A stretch of 64,000 nt of DNA from Octopus vulgaris. Taxonomy: Eukaryota. Within the stretch, counting starts at the first letter, position 1; every line of letters starts with the position of its first letter. The position numbers and the translations under genes are program-made. The DNA is taken from the NCBI GenBank assembly GCA_951406725.2, contig OX597819.1, positions 4,340,001 to 4,404,000 on the forward strand, written 5' to 3'. Below are positions 28,041 to 41,778 of the stretch, piece after piece. The notes beneath the pieces were generated by a model. That model had not been told where the DNA came from, made no database searches, and saw only the letters and a program-made list of their open reading frames with translations.

Positions 28041-30589
28041 CAAGGTGGAAATTTCACAGAAGGACAAAACAGAGCTGTAGATGAATTTGCAATTGGTACT
28101 CAAAGAAGAGTTACAGTACTGTATAACTTTCGAAAGATTTTATTTTCTTAGGAATTTTGTTCGATGAAATTTAAAGACTACTGTAAAATAGTGAGTGACT
28201 TGCTCTTTGTCATTTTCTGAAGGAGATATTGCTGCTAATTCCAACATGTCGAGTGAACGTAGGAGCTAAGAAGCTATTATAGAAGGGTCGTAAATCGAAC
28301 AAAAAATGTAAGAATCGTGAGTATAAAAACCATGAATTTGTCAGATGGCAATCGAAAACTGAGCCTGTCAATTGTGGGTTGAAGCTGTACCATCTCCATA
28401 GATAGGATGAGAAGATACACCTTAACACCACGTAGCTGAAATCAATGTCTAATTGACAAGTGTTTCATTAACTTAGAAAGAGACAGATTCAAATCCAACA
28501 AGGATAGGAACTATCCTGAAGTAATTAGGGCTAATTATCCATTGATTGCTTAATGTAATTAGGCGAATCAAAGCAATTTGTTATATATTAATGTTTGAAA
28601 GTTAAGCAATTAGCTCTGTTTGCAACACTTGCATTATATGAGACGAATGTATATCCATTGATTGATTATATTATATTGTCAACCGACGCACACAATAGAA
28701 AGCAAACTGTTGCGAATTGTATAGTGACCACTTCTTTTTAATCCTTGTAGCCATCCGACATATTTTAAATTTCTCCTGTATACGTAGCTGTTCCCTAATC
28801 ATTGTAGCCTTCCCACAGCTCTCATTTCATAGAAAAGGAATTATTGTAATAAGTTCTGTTCCCTATCAACTGACGTTAATAGTGCTTAATTCTCATTCAT
28901 GAATATATAGGTTTATGAATAAAATGTGAAATTCCTTCGATGTATTACATTTGTGTGAATAAATCAAATATTGAATGATTGATTATAATCGATAGAATGG
29001 CCATTTAGAATGTTAATACACGGTTATCGCATTGCCTAACTGCTAGTTTAGGCTGCTATCATAAGCTATTAAAAGGTTATGTGTTTGCGTATATATATAT
29101 ATTACATTATTATATGTATGCACTGTGTAAGTGTGTTGGTTTATACGTATGTGTGTAGGAATATGTACGAAGATACAAAGAGATGTAAATGAGACAGGGG
29201 AGGATGAGTGTGAGAAATGGAAAGAAAAAGGTTTTATAGATTATAAAGGTGATAAATGCCGAGAGAAAGTAGGAGAGCAATATTGTAGACTACAAGCCAT
29301 TGACTTAGTTTGGGTACCATTACATATATCTATTTCTCATCACATGTCGACATTATTTGAGGCCATTAAATTCAAGCTAGATGCTCACGGCAAGCTTCTG
29401 TCAGGTTAAAAGATCGATAGCTTTTGTTGTCAGGTCAGATTGACACAGCTACGATGAATTCAATGTTGTCCAGTTAAAAGGGTTTGCTTTGAATTGTGAG
29501 ATTGTTAAAGCGCTCTGTCATCCCACTGTGGAAAAAACAACGCTTGTTTGTCTAGTGAATTTATGGTTTATAACTGAGATAAATGATTTTCAGCCTTCTG
29601 GTAAAGATATCAGCTCATTTATCAAGAATAAAGCTTTGTAACATTGCATGGCATTTTAGGAATTAGAAATTTGTAGACTTGAGACATTCATGCTTTTCCA
29701 AAGACTGCTGACACTGTATGTGAAATATTTCTGAGAAATTATAAAGAATGATTTATCATAAATTATAAACAAATTATATAAATAATAAAAAAATTATAAA
29801 GAATGATTTCCTCTGATCAAGAAATCCACCGTTGGTTTCTCTTCCTATATATCATAGTATTCTCATATTAAGTCTTTCGGTGAGATATTATTTCAAAATA
29901 GAGGGTTGCCTAAATTTAAAATACTGTAAAATGTAATTATTCATTTTATAGATATGAAGATTTACAAAACTTAGGATGAGGAAGATTGGGAGTTTTTGGT
30001 TTCCCCATTCTAAAGAACAACACTGGATCGAGAACAAGGAAAATCTTCTACTTGAGAAAAAAATTGACATTTTCTGTGATATTGATCATTCTATAAAGAA
30101 GACTGATTTGTTGCATTTTTATAAAAAGAAAATAATCTTTCAGAGCATTTGTAAAGTTAAATTTATTAACATACAGACATCCCCACTCGTTACAGCTACT
30201 TCAGATTATGGGATTTCACATGTACATGAATAGGACCGCAATTTCGAGATACGGTCAATAATTTCACATTATGGAAACTCTGATAAATTTAACAATTTAC
30301 ACCTTCTGAAACTGTACATTTCGAACCTACCATTTTGCACAACGCATTTCCTCTATATAAAAATAAAAGTGGGCGCATCAACGAGTTTTCTCGACCTGCT
30401 ACAAATAGTGGTCAAATCTCCCTCAAATCACATCCTCCCGTATTTAATGAAAATTATGTATTCGATAATGTAAACCCAGACACACCGTACCTGTAAAGGA
30501 CAAAATATGGAATGGCCACAGCTGTAATGTCTTTTTAATTCTAGATTTGTTTGATCATGTCTGACCAAGAGTCACATAGCAACAATACT

Positions 30590-30950
30590 TCTTGAGCACT
30601 TCTTTTCTTCCCCACCCTCACCCACAATCATTACATTTATATTTTAAAACACTTTGGATGTTCACCGTCTATTTCCTTCCGAAACTCCACAAGCCCGAGA
30701 ATTCCGGCAGTTTTATGGACACCACTTGTAACACTCCCAGCAAAATCATCCCTAGACTCCCTCTTCGTCACTGCTCTCCAATCCCACATGAAACATACTA
30801 AGCAATCACCGACCTTTTCACCTCCTTTTTCTCCTCACTTAGACACTCCTCTTTGCTATGGATACTAATTACTTATGCATTGGCAACCTACCTGAAGATG
30901 TCTTCCCAGTTTTTCAATTCTCTTTATCATTCTCTGCTCAGCACCCTTAC
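30590..30950 (+). mobile_element. Penelope-like RT relic
   Basis: YFLPKLHKPENSG...CNTP...LDSLF and LLFAMDTNYL match the PLE RT motifs 'YxLPKIHK...PxRP' and 'xxDVxSLY'. Confidence 0.65.
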
Positions 30951-31339
30951 ACTATTTTGTTTCACTTTGCTGGACTCTACCACACCTGTGTACTAAAGAG
31001 GCGCATGAGATTTAACCTACCTTTATACCTTCATTAAATTTTAGCATTCAGCAAATATTTAGCTCATTTCACTATGAGAAAATGATTAATTGATCTTTTT
31101 TGCTTCTCACTACAGTGTTATCGATCAACTGATCTTTCTTTATTATTGACTTCAAACATATCCTGCTCATGAGCAAACCCTGCAATGTATTACAACATAG
31201 GCGGAACTATTACTGGGTTGACGGACCGCTTTCGTGAATACATACATGAATATATATACTGGCTGTCGTACCCGGTAATCCCCGGGGAAGCGAGGCTTAT
31301 CCTTTGGTTCCGTTCTCATAACTGATTTGCTAACCCAAT

Positions 31340-32010
31340 GACAACAATACAAAGTATGTAGCCCTTAAAACGGCTTTTGTGCATTTACAGAGAATGCCGA
31401 ACTGTCTTACACAGGATCTTGATTTTAGGAATTCCCAATAAGTTATGAATACCCAAATTGTGAAGTCAGTTATGTAATAACATGAAATTAGTTACCCGAT
31501 AGTAAGAATTCAAATAAAGTAGCCCCGAAAAGGGCTTTAATGTGTTTCCAGAGTATATAGAACATAGGAAGAAATACTAATAAGGTATGTATACTAAAAT
31601 CGTGAAGCATGTTACGTAATAACAGGCTAATCAGATATGAGATAATAACAATTGAAAGTAAATAACGCTGAAAAGGGGTTTTGTGCGTTCCCGAATACTA
31701 CCGTCAGGGGCACTCGTGTTGGTATATTCGTGAATAAGTCACTAACCGAAATAAGTGGCTTTATTGTTTAGGAAAATACTATTTACTTATTTAATGGTTG
31801 TACTGTATAAATTGCGAAAATAACATAAGCAATTCATTGGTTAAAATTCGAAGAATTAAACTACGTTAAACTTTAAAATTACAATTTTCTCAAAAAAGCC
31901 AAGTGAAAATAATGTTTTCTTTTGACACATTCTACCAGTATACGAAGTTTCAAATTGTTTAGTTAACTAGAAATTGTGTTGAATTCCGTCCATCAAAAGG
32001 AAAAGATCCC
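31340..32010. mobile_element. Right part of a long-TIR element related to 7641-8543, with three degenerate ~150-165-bp internal repeats
   Basis: GACACATTCTACCAGTATACGAAGTTTCAAA...AAAGGAAAAGATCCC shared with 8457-8543; AAAA(C/G)GG(C/G)TTT motif at ~31367, ~31528, ~31671. Confidence 0.65.
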
Positions 32011-32217
32011 ATTTTTCTAACATAACGACTTAAATATATTCTTTAACCTGATAAAACAAGCCTTCTGCAGTTTTTTCACTCTTTACTATATATATATATA
32101 TACACATACATACATAATTAATAATATCAGAGTAATAAAGATTTTAGACATGTTTACTACCCGTGGCCTAGCGTATAGAAAATTAGTCAATAGACAATAT
32201 ATTATTCATATAAAATA

Positions 32218-32703
32218 CAGAGTACATTTAAACACAGTAAACACATTTCTAGCGTAAGGGATTCCATCAGAGGAATCCTTTATGCTAGAAAGAACAGATA
32301 AAGTCCAAATCAAACCTTTATTGTCCTGTATTATTAATTATGTATAATGATTTCTGGAAGATTCGTTCGAAGAAATTGCCGGCATCTTTTTGCTGCCGAT
32401 AAAAACTGCGCTTGCGTGGTGGATTTCAAAGAATTAAAATGCATAAGCAAGAGGCACATGCTGGATTGGCTTCGTGCTTATATATACTCTTGGCGTATCT
32501 GTTGACGAAGACTTCGCCTAGGAAATTATTTTATTTGCTAAAAAAGTCAGAAACCATGGTCCAGGAAATATAGATGGTAAATGTTTTTATTTTTCATTCC
32601 CTTTGAGAATTTATCCCTAATTAGTGGTTTGGACTTTAGCTGTTCTTTCTAGCGTAAGGGATTCCTATGATGGAAAGCTCTTAATGTGTTTAAATGTACG
32701 CTG
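32218..32703. mobile_element. Tc1/mariner-type MITE
   Basis: TA|CAGAGTACATTTAAACACA ... TGTGTTTAAATGTACGCTG|TA, with inverted similarity extending ~80 bp. Confidence 0.8.
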
Positions 32704-33689
32704 TATTTAAATGTGCACTCATTTACACAAATGAATGCATTTATGAATATGCATTCGATGTGATTGAACAAATTTTCACTTTTTCTAAATATGGAATACT
32801 CTTGGACGACATCATACCTACAACTCTAGTTGCGGTATTTGCCATATTTGTGGTTTCGTCACTTTCTACACATCCGTCACTAATTCTCAGCCCACCCCAC
32901 CCTTTTGCTCACCTCACACCTTACTTAATCAACCTCCCTCTGACTTTCTCCTTTATAAATTATTATTCTAAGTACTTAAGCACTTTTAAATAGCCTTCTA
33001 CGCGTGATTGCTCTTTGTCTTCCGCTCTCTTCATCTTTTCCCTCATTTCTCCCTTTTGCTACTTAAACACCTCCTTCTATTACCTGACATGAAGCATTCT
33101 CCAATTCCAGCCTCCTCCTTCTTTCTTCTCATCACCACCCCTCTCTGTCTCTCTCTCTCTCTATTTCTGTGTCTATCTATCTTTATCTCTATCTCTCACT
33201 CTCAGTCTCTCTTTCCACTACTCACGCCCAACATCATTTCCACTCGTCCACTTGAGTTCTTTCATAATTTACTTGCCTATAATTAAAGTGATAACACATT
33301 TTCTCTTTCTCTCTCTCTCCCTCTATCTCCCTCCCTCCCACTCTCTCTCTCTCTTTTCCTCCATCTCCCTCCCTTCTACTATCTTTCTCGCTCTCTATCT
33401 CTCTATATCTCTCTCTATCTCCCTCTCTCTTTCTCTCTCTCTCTCTGTCTTCCCCAATCAGATGAAAAGCAAAAACCCAGCATTTATATTCCTCTCGCCC
33501 CACGGCCATTAAACTCATTGAATTCTCACACGAACGTTCCAATTAGACTAAATGTTACCGATACAGATCCTCGCCAGTTTCCTATGATTACCTATTTTAC
33601 TCTGTATTCCAGTTCAACCAATGAAACTAGTAAAGTAATAAAGAAAAAGAAAAATTTCCATATTAAGTTAATAAGGTTTATCTTTATCT

Positions 33690-33882
33690 TTTATATTCAA
33701 CTTGTTTCAATCATTTGACTGCGGCCACGCTGAAGCACTGCCTTGAAGTACTTATTTTGTAAAGCCTGGTACTTATTCTATCGGTCATTTGGCCGATCCG
33801 CTTGGTTAATGGGACGTAAACACACCAACATCGGTTGTGAAACGATGTGGCGACAAACACAGACACAGAAACATATGTGTGC

Positions 33883-33949
<67 letters not shown>

Positions 33950-33967
33950 TATATATATGTGTGTATG

Positions 33968-34021
<54 letters not shown>

Positions 34022-34392
34022 CACGACTGGCTTCTTTCAGTTTCCGTCTACCAAATCCACTCACAAGGCTTTGGTCGACCCGAGGCTAGAGTAGAAGACC
34101 CTTACCCATGGTGCCATACAGTGGGAAATTGTGGTATTTTTCTTAGTTTTTTTCTTTCTTTTTAGAGAATGTAGGCGCTGAAATGGGTAGGTGCAGGCAT
34201 GGCTGAGGGTAAGAAGTTCCGGGTTCAGTCCTACTGTGTGGTATCTTGAGCAACTGTCATCTGCTATAGCCCCGGGCTGACCACTTCCTCATCAGTGGAT
34301 CTGGCAGACAGAAATTAAAAGCAGCTGTGGTATTTCTTTTATTTCTTTCACTTGTTTCAGTCATCTGACTGCGGCCATGCTGGAGCACCATC
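33690..34392. mobile_element. SINE A cluster: minus copy 33690-34124, plus-strand head 34189-34325, minus tail 34335-34392
   Basis: Family A motifs in both orientations. Confidence 0.8.
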
Positions 34393-34456
34393 TTTATACA
34401 CATATATATATATTCTTTTATTCTTTTCCTTGCTTCAGTCATATAGTGTGGGTGTA

Positions 34457-34511
<55 letters not shown>

Positions 34512-34559
34512 CTGTCTGTTTGTCTCTGTGTTTCTGTGTCTATGCGTGTACACGCGCCT

Positions 34560-36687
34560 GCATGTGTTTCTGTAGAACGGTTATGTTCTACATCCTCTAG
34601 TTTTCATGCAAATTTAAGTTTTGCATCCTGGCCGTTTGCGGTCCAGCAAATTAATTACGGTTATGTTATCAACAGAGATATTAAAGTTGTCTTGTTTCTC
34701 TTTCAGATCTGATCATGGCTATAAAGAGCCATCAATGTGTGAACAAGTCGGATGCTTTCTGTTACATTTGTGGATGCTTCAAGCTTATTCATCAAAGGTA
34801 CTTTGGACTTACATTTGGCGACCAAGACAAAAAAATAGGCTCCACTTATTGTGTGTCATAACTACGAGGAAATGCTGCGTACCTGAACAGATAGGGAACG
34901 TAAGGGTTTTCCTTTCGGAATTACCATGACCAAGCGAGAACAGAAGGGCCACAGAACTGATTGCTATTTTTGTGTGGTAAACACAAAGGGTGTTGGCAAG
35001 AAAAACATACAAAACATCTCATATCCTAGAATCCCTTTCAGCAATCCGACATACTCTGCACTCTGATAAGCCACCAATTCCAGCTCTTAAAGGAATTTCT
35101 CCATCTGAAGATGCGGGTAGCGACCAAGGGCAAGGAACTGATGATGAAAATCAAGAAATACTTACAGAATTCGAATCCGAAATACTTTCAGAGTCCTCAA
35201 CTTCTCAGCAGTATAGCCAGCCTGAGCTGAATCACCTTGATTTGGATCTTCCCCAAAAAGCAGCTGAAGTGTTAGCCTCCAGGTTGCAAGAAAAGAGTTT
35301 ACTGAGCCATACAACAAAAGTTTTATACTTCCAAAAATGAGAGCAGGTTTTTGCGTAATTTTTTAGACAGGAGAATGTTTGTTTATTGTAATATCTCAGG
35401 TCTTCTTCAGGCATTAGGGATTCCATTGTACAATCCAAATAATTGTCGATTATTTCTAGTTAGTTCAAAAGCACAGCCTATAATTTGTTCTACTGCATAA
35501 TGGCAATGTCTATGCAACTGTTCCAGTTGGTCATTCTGTGTATTTACGAGAGGAGCATAATGACATTAAAACTAAATGACCTACTAAAATGCCACGAGCA
35601 CAACTGGACAATTTGCGTGGACTTCCAAACGGTTAATTTTCTCCTGGGTCCACAAAGAGGATTTACAAAGTATCCCTGCTATCTTTGCATGTGGGACAGC
35701 CGAGCTCGAGAGAAGCGCTGGAACCAGAAAGAGTGGGTCATACGTGAGACTCTGGAAGCAAGTATGCCAAATATTGTCAATGATCTAATTGTCAGTCGAG
35801 AAAAGATCATTTTCCTCCGCTCCACATCAAGGTGGGCTTGATGAAACAGTTTGTCAAGGCATTGAATACTGACGATGAATGCTCCCAACACATAGTTTCT
35901 GTTCTCCCTGCTTTGTCCTTCGAGAAGATCAAGGCAGGTGTGTTTGACAGACCGCAGATTCGTGCATTTGTAAGTGATATAGAATTTAGCAGAAAGATGA
36001 ATGACAAGGAAAGGACTGCGTGGCTTTCATTCGTGGCGGAAATAGAAAACTTCCTCGGTAATAAAAGGGAAGACAATTATGAAACTCTCGTGCTATGTTG
36101 TCAGCTTTTCGTAATTTTGGAAGTAACATGAGTATCGAGGAACAGTAAGTGACGAATACGGTGAGCGGTTCCTTCAGGACCTTAAGACCATGGAAGAGCG
36201 TTACCAAGGGATATGGGACAAACATATAATGACAGACTACTGCTGGAGCGTTAAGAGAGATTGCTCTGGGGCAGTCCATAAACGCAAATTCAAGCGCAAA
36301 TTCCTGCATGAATAGACTGCAACTGAGCTTTGCCTACACATAGTAACTAATATCTTATTTATCAATCAGTTTTATATAAACCATAACCTTTGCTTTTTAG
36401 GGAAAGCATTTCAATTTGTATTCTTGAATAAATTTATACTAAATTGCATTTTCTTTTTTAATACCCAGCTAATTTAAAGGGAGTTTAATTACATATGTGA
36501 AGACAACATTTTGAGATTTTGAAATACCTTGAAGGCAAAACAATTAGAGTATTTAGGAATTAACCAACTTTAGATCTGAAATCTATGCACTTAAATTAGT
36601 TGATATCAATGCAACAAGAAATTAGTTGATATCGATGCAACAAGAAATTAGTTGATATCAATGCAACAAGAAATTAGTTGACCAGTG
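34560..36687 (+). mobile_element. Chapaev3 (CMC) DNA transposon with pseudogenised transposase
   Basis: VNKSDAFCYICGC, TDCYFCVV, GFTKYPCYLCMWDSR, LHIKVGLMKQFVKAL, EKIKAGVFD, SDEYGERFLQD...RYQG...DYCW; right end ...TTGACCAGTG (CAC terminus) after a 26-bp triple repeat; left TIR not seen. Confidence 0.85.
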
Positions 36688-36714
36688 AATCAGTCACACG
36701 CACACATACGTAAT

Positions 36715-36972
36715 GGACTCTCCCGTCGTTAGACCACACATGATCTATTTATAGTTATCAAATGTTTGTGTTCCCATAAGCTCACTTCCTCCATCGAATC
36801 GATATTACCTGTACAGGTGCACCATGTGCCACATGACAGATGACGAAATAATCACAGAGCAACGTAAAATGAAGTGTTTTGCTCAAGAATACAATGCAAC
36901 GCCCGGTCTAGGAATCGAAACCACGATCTCGCAATCGTGAGTGCAACACCCTAACCACTAAACCATGCACCT
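36715..36972 (-). mobile_element. tRNA-derived SINE (family C-related)
   Basis: Minus-strand head GGTGCATGGTTTAGTGGTTAGGGTGTTGCACTCACG...GGTTTCGATTCC; homologous to 40624-40870. Confidence 0.75.
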
Positions 36973-37114
36973 TCGTATATATGTGTGTGTGTGTGTGTAT
37001 ATATATATATGTGTGTGTGTGTGTGTATATATGTATTTTATGTATGTGTGTATGTGTGTGTGTATGTATCAGATGAGTATTTTGAGTCTAATTTTAAGAC
37101 TGTGTTCTTTATTC

Positions 37115-37297
37115 ATTTATTCTTTTATCTGTTTCAGTCATTTGACTGCGGCCATGCTAGAGGACCGCCACTCACAAGGCTTTGGTCGGCCCAAGGCTAT
37201 AGTAGAAGACACTTGCCCAAAGTGCCACGCAGTGGGACTGAACCCAGAACCATGTGGTTGGTAAGCTTGCTACTTAACACACAGTCACTCCTGCGCC
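37115..37297 (-). mobile_element. SINE A with internal deletion
   Basis: Tail GCGGCCATGCTAGAGGACCGCC joined directly to ACTCACAAGGCTTTGG. Confidence 0.8.
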
Positions 37298-37540
37298 TGT
37301 ATGGCCATAATCTTTTCAGATGGGCCATGTCACAACGTGGGAGTTGTCCAAATTTCGAGAAAAAAGGATTACGTTGAATTGCATAAAATCTTGAGCTTAC
37401 AGAGAAAAACGAACCTCACATTTGAATTTAACACGCTCAAACGAGTTAAGAACAACTGCTGGTATTAATGCAGCGAAAACTTTGTTTCCCTGTGTAATTA
37501 GATATCTTTATTTTTTAAAAAAGGTTTTGTAATTTGATTA

Positions 37541-37924
37541 CACTGTGTAACACAATTTTTGTTCTTGGGTAGCAACTGTCATTTCTTATTTGCTTACCCG
37601 TAGAAAGTTTTTAAAATGCGCTTATTGTCAGAGATGCGCATATTGTCAGACACTAAGGGGCATGTACAAATGGGTAAGGTGAAGCAAATGACAGGCAAAT
37701 CTGGTGGTATTGAGCAGAATATTTGCAATAACGATATTATTGCTTCGGTAACTCAGCACTGAATCTGTCTGAAATGTAATGGAAAATAGGTCCGTTTGAT
37801 GTCCAGGTCACAAAAGCAAAGTTTGAAGGGAGTAGTAATCATTTCCTTTGATTTCTAGATAGAGACAAATAGGAAATAACGCTTACTGACCAAAGACAAA
37901 AAATAAAAACTTTGTTACACAGTG
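37541..37924. mobile_element. Intact non-autonomous Chapaev3-type MITE (384 bp)
   Basis: TTA|CACTGTGTAACACAATTTTT ... AAAAACTTTGTTACACAGTG|TTA: CAC...GTG termini with a 3-bp TWA TSD. Confidence 0.9.
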
Positions 37925-40054
37925 TTAATAGTAAAAGTTAAATTTCAAATAAGCATAAGGAATTTCGACAATGTTTTCGATTAGCTCATATATGAAAAGT
38001 GTCGATAACTGTAAGCTAATGTAGCTATTTGTAATTATAATTTAAAATAGTGAAAGTAGAGAAAAATACTTCACTCTGAATACACCGTTCTCACAAGGAA
38101 ATAAAAGCGCCAGAAATGAAGGTTTAGCTCTAAAGGCTAAATAAACTAAAGAATTGTAAAACAATGCTGCAATTACGAGGATTATAAACACCTTAAAAAT
38201 GACTCTTGACAAAAGTAAGCTGATTTTATGATAAACTACTCTTTTCAATATTTTCATTTGGCAAAGTTCTGCAACTGATGTCAAGCATTGTATACTGAAA
38301 TTATAAAAAGGTAAATATATTTGCACCGAAATACGTAAAAATTTAAATAGCTTATATTTCAGTACAATATATTAATTATGTATCAATGGACTACTTATTA
38401 TACGTTGTTACTTTTCATTATTTATCATCTTTTATTTTGTTTTATACAGCTTTCCATTTAATCTAATTATAAACGACAATATAAAATGTTTCTATATAGG
38501 GATTATATCAATAATAGCCAAAGAATTTTCAATTGTCATCAATGTAAAATAATAAATTCTGATTAAAAGTTGAAAAGGAAGTATGGGTGGTTGAATGAAT
38601 GTTTCTACAAACCATAGACAACGCTTGAAGCTTTGTGAATTATTTCAATTCTCTGTACAAATCTTTAGACTTTTGTTCTAATTACATACCGGGAATGTGT
38701 TAAAAATGTCAAGTGGGAAAAAGTCTGTATTTATGAAAGTCGTTAAAACTATAATGTAGATGATAGTGGTGTGCTTCAAAACATAAAGTATAAACTGAAC
38801 GAACAACTCTTCTAATACTGAATTAAAATTAACACGAACTTTCTTAAATGAATAAAATGGGCAACAAACTTAAATTATAGACCTGAAGCAGAACTCGTAT
38901 CATAAAAAACTACTCGCACATCTCGATAAAATTATATCAGAACATAAAAACAAATAATTTTTTCAAGTTTATATTCAAATATACAAAACGTGAATTGATA
39001 AAATGAAGTGAAATGACGAGTGAAATATTTGGTGCCTTGCTTTGGAAGGAAGTGATCATGACATTTGCAAAGTGTTGTGATTATTGTTTTGTTTGCTTCA
39101 AGTTTTGGGGCCGCAGGTGCAAGCTGATATCCAACTATCTTAGTTGCTCTTGAAATCTGCCAGTGTATAAACAAGGTTTCCCTCTGGAAAAAATTAGAAA
39201 TTCCTCTGACATCTACATTCGTTAAACAAAGAGAGAGAAACAAAGAAGGTTGAAGTAAGAGAATACGGGCGATATGAAAAGAAAAAGGGTAAGTTTATAG
39301 CTGTAGAGAAAAAGAGAGAAACCGTCTTGAAAAAATTAAGAACTCAAGTGAAGCTAACAGACAGAATAAGAATATATGAGAGAAATGATGAGAACGAAAT
39401 GTCAAACCTGGGGCAAAATCTTTAGCCACTAATTAATTGGACTTAATTTCAAAACTTAACGAGGTTAATTAAAATGATGCGCTTTCATGGTGATACTTTC
39501 CCCAAAACGTTTAACCAGTTACATTCGTCATCCTTCCTAATTATATATTTTTACGTTGATTTTAGTTTGTTTTTGTCTTTTGTTTGCTATTGTTAAAGGA
39601 GAGCAACATCAGCGATAATATTGTTGTCAATGATTTTGTTATTCCTTTTGTTGTTGCTGATTTGTTGTTGTTATGCTCATTATTATTAATTGGTGATTAT
39701 AAATGCTTATTATGTCTTTTTTTTCACTTGAGATATAATTAGTGCACGCTAAACCAAAAGAGTACAGGAGACTAGTCAGCGGATACATTTGACAACTATT
39801 TTCTAGAAAACAATCCTTCTGTCTTCTGATGGTGCATACATTCACTACAATAAATTTCTTTCCAAATTTGAAAATTCGGATGTAAATTAATAAAAATATA
39901 ACTTAATAGTTCAATATGTTTATTACATAAATGATCATTTCTCGAAAATGATTTTCTGTTCCCTCTGTATTTTCGTATTTTCTTTGGAGTTTGCATGACA
40001 TGGCAGAGCGCAGTAATAAAATTTAGATTGTAGCTATTTATATGCCATACGTAA

Positions 40055-40189
<135 letters not shown>

Positions 40190-40481
40190 TACATGCATAT
40201 ATACATAATTACATACATACATACATACACGATGAAATACACATCCAAATATCCATCCATCCTTTCCTCACCAGACCTCAGTCCACTGGAGTATTACACC
40301 CGCATAACAACGCACAGTCACTCAAGTCCGCCATAACCAGCATCTGATTTGGGCATGTCATCTGAATGATCGTCTGGTTCAAGCATGTCAGCGCTTCCGA
40401 CACCATATTGGAGCAGTCATTGATACTAACGGTGGATTCATTGAGTAGGTGTGATAAAAGGATTCTCAAGATTATTTATAC

Positions 40482-40548
40482 GAATTTAGAAAAAGACACA
40501 TAGCTCATCACAGAAATGGTGATGAGCTATGTGTCTTTTTCTAAATTC
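40482..40548. repeat. Perfect 30-bp inverted repeat with a 7-nt loop
   Basis: GAATTTAGAAAAAGACACATAGCTCATCAC-AGAAATG-GTGATGAGCTATGTGTCTTTTTCTAAATTC. Confidence 0.95.
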
Positions 40549-40623
40549 ATACAAGTGACCTCAAAAAACTTACATACTCTATATGTGTATGTGTGTGTGT
40601 GTATGTGTGTGTGTGCGTGCATA

Positions 40624-40870
40624 GGTGCTTGGCTTAGTGATTAGGGTGTTGCACTCACGATCAAGCGATCACGATTTCAATTCCTAGATTGGGTGATACG
40701 TTGTGTTCTTGAGCAAAACACCTTCTCTCACGTTGCTCTGCGATGACATCGACACCTGGCGTGTGGTACACGATGCAGCTGTTCAGACAACGTTGATTTG
40801 ATGGATGGAGTGAGCCAATGTGCAGCACGATCATTTGATCATTATGAACAAATCACTTGTACAAGGCATT
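40624..40870 (+). mobile_element. tRNA-derived SINE (family C-related)
   Basis: GGTGCTTGGCTTAGTGATTAGGGTGTTGCACTCACG head followed by GTGTTCTTGAGCAAAACAC. Confidence 0.75.
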
Positions 40871-41117
40871 ACGTTCGGCAAAACATGCTGAATTAAACCA
40901 CACAACACATGCTCTTAATCCCTTTGGATCTTAATACCTCAAGGTAATTTTTTCGTAAACAATCATAAAACTCAAGATACACAACGAACTCACAATGTAT
41001 CGGAGTACTTATTTTTTAATTTTTGTACATTTTTATCATTATTCTTTTGCAAAAAACAATGCAATTTTCTTTTTTTCCCCTTTCTAATTTAAAAAAAAAA
41101 CTTTTTTAAAACATAAA

Positions 41118-41158
41118 TATTCTTGACAAGTCATACAATGACGAAAACCGGTTGAATA
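41118..41158 (+). ncRNA. Degenerate minimal hammerhead ribozyme motif (U3-A8 variant)
   Basis: TATTC-TTGACAA-GTCA(TACAA)TGAC-GAAAA-CCGG-TT-GAATA; stems I and II pair perfectly; one extra A in the core. Confidence 0.55.
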
Positions 41159-41276
41159 AATATATATTTATATATTTTATCAATTTCTCATTTGAGCATT
41201 CTGCATTTTTTAAAAAAAATTGTTCCTTACTTATCATTTCTCCACGTGCGGTCAACACAACCCCACCATTTATTGA

Positions 41277-41317
<41 letters not shown>

Positions 41318-41419
41318 CGAATACTTACGTATATGTAAGTATTCGTATATTATATGTATATATATGTGTATTTATATACTCTATGTATATCTTTGGATAT
41401 GTATGTACGTATTTACTAC

Positions 41420-41523
<104 letters not shown>

Positions 41524-41588
41524 GTAGGTAGGTAGATAGATAGATAAATAGATATATAGATAGGTAGATAAATAGATATATAGATAGG

Positions 41589-41640
<52 letters not shown>

Positions 41641-41689
41641 CAGATATCCGTCTATCCATCCATCTATCTATCTAATTATCTATATATCC

Positions 41690-41778
<89 letters not shown>

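Noticed and set aside
36593-36680. CRISPR-like 26-bp repeats
   Set aside because: Contiguous tandem copies without spacers at a transposon end, in a eukaryotic context
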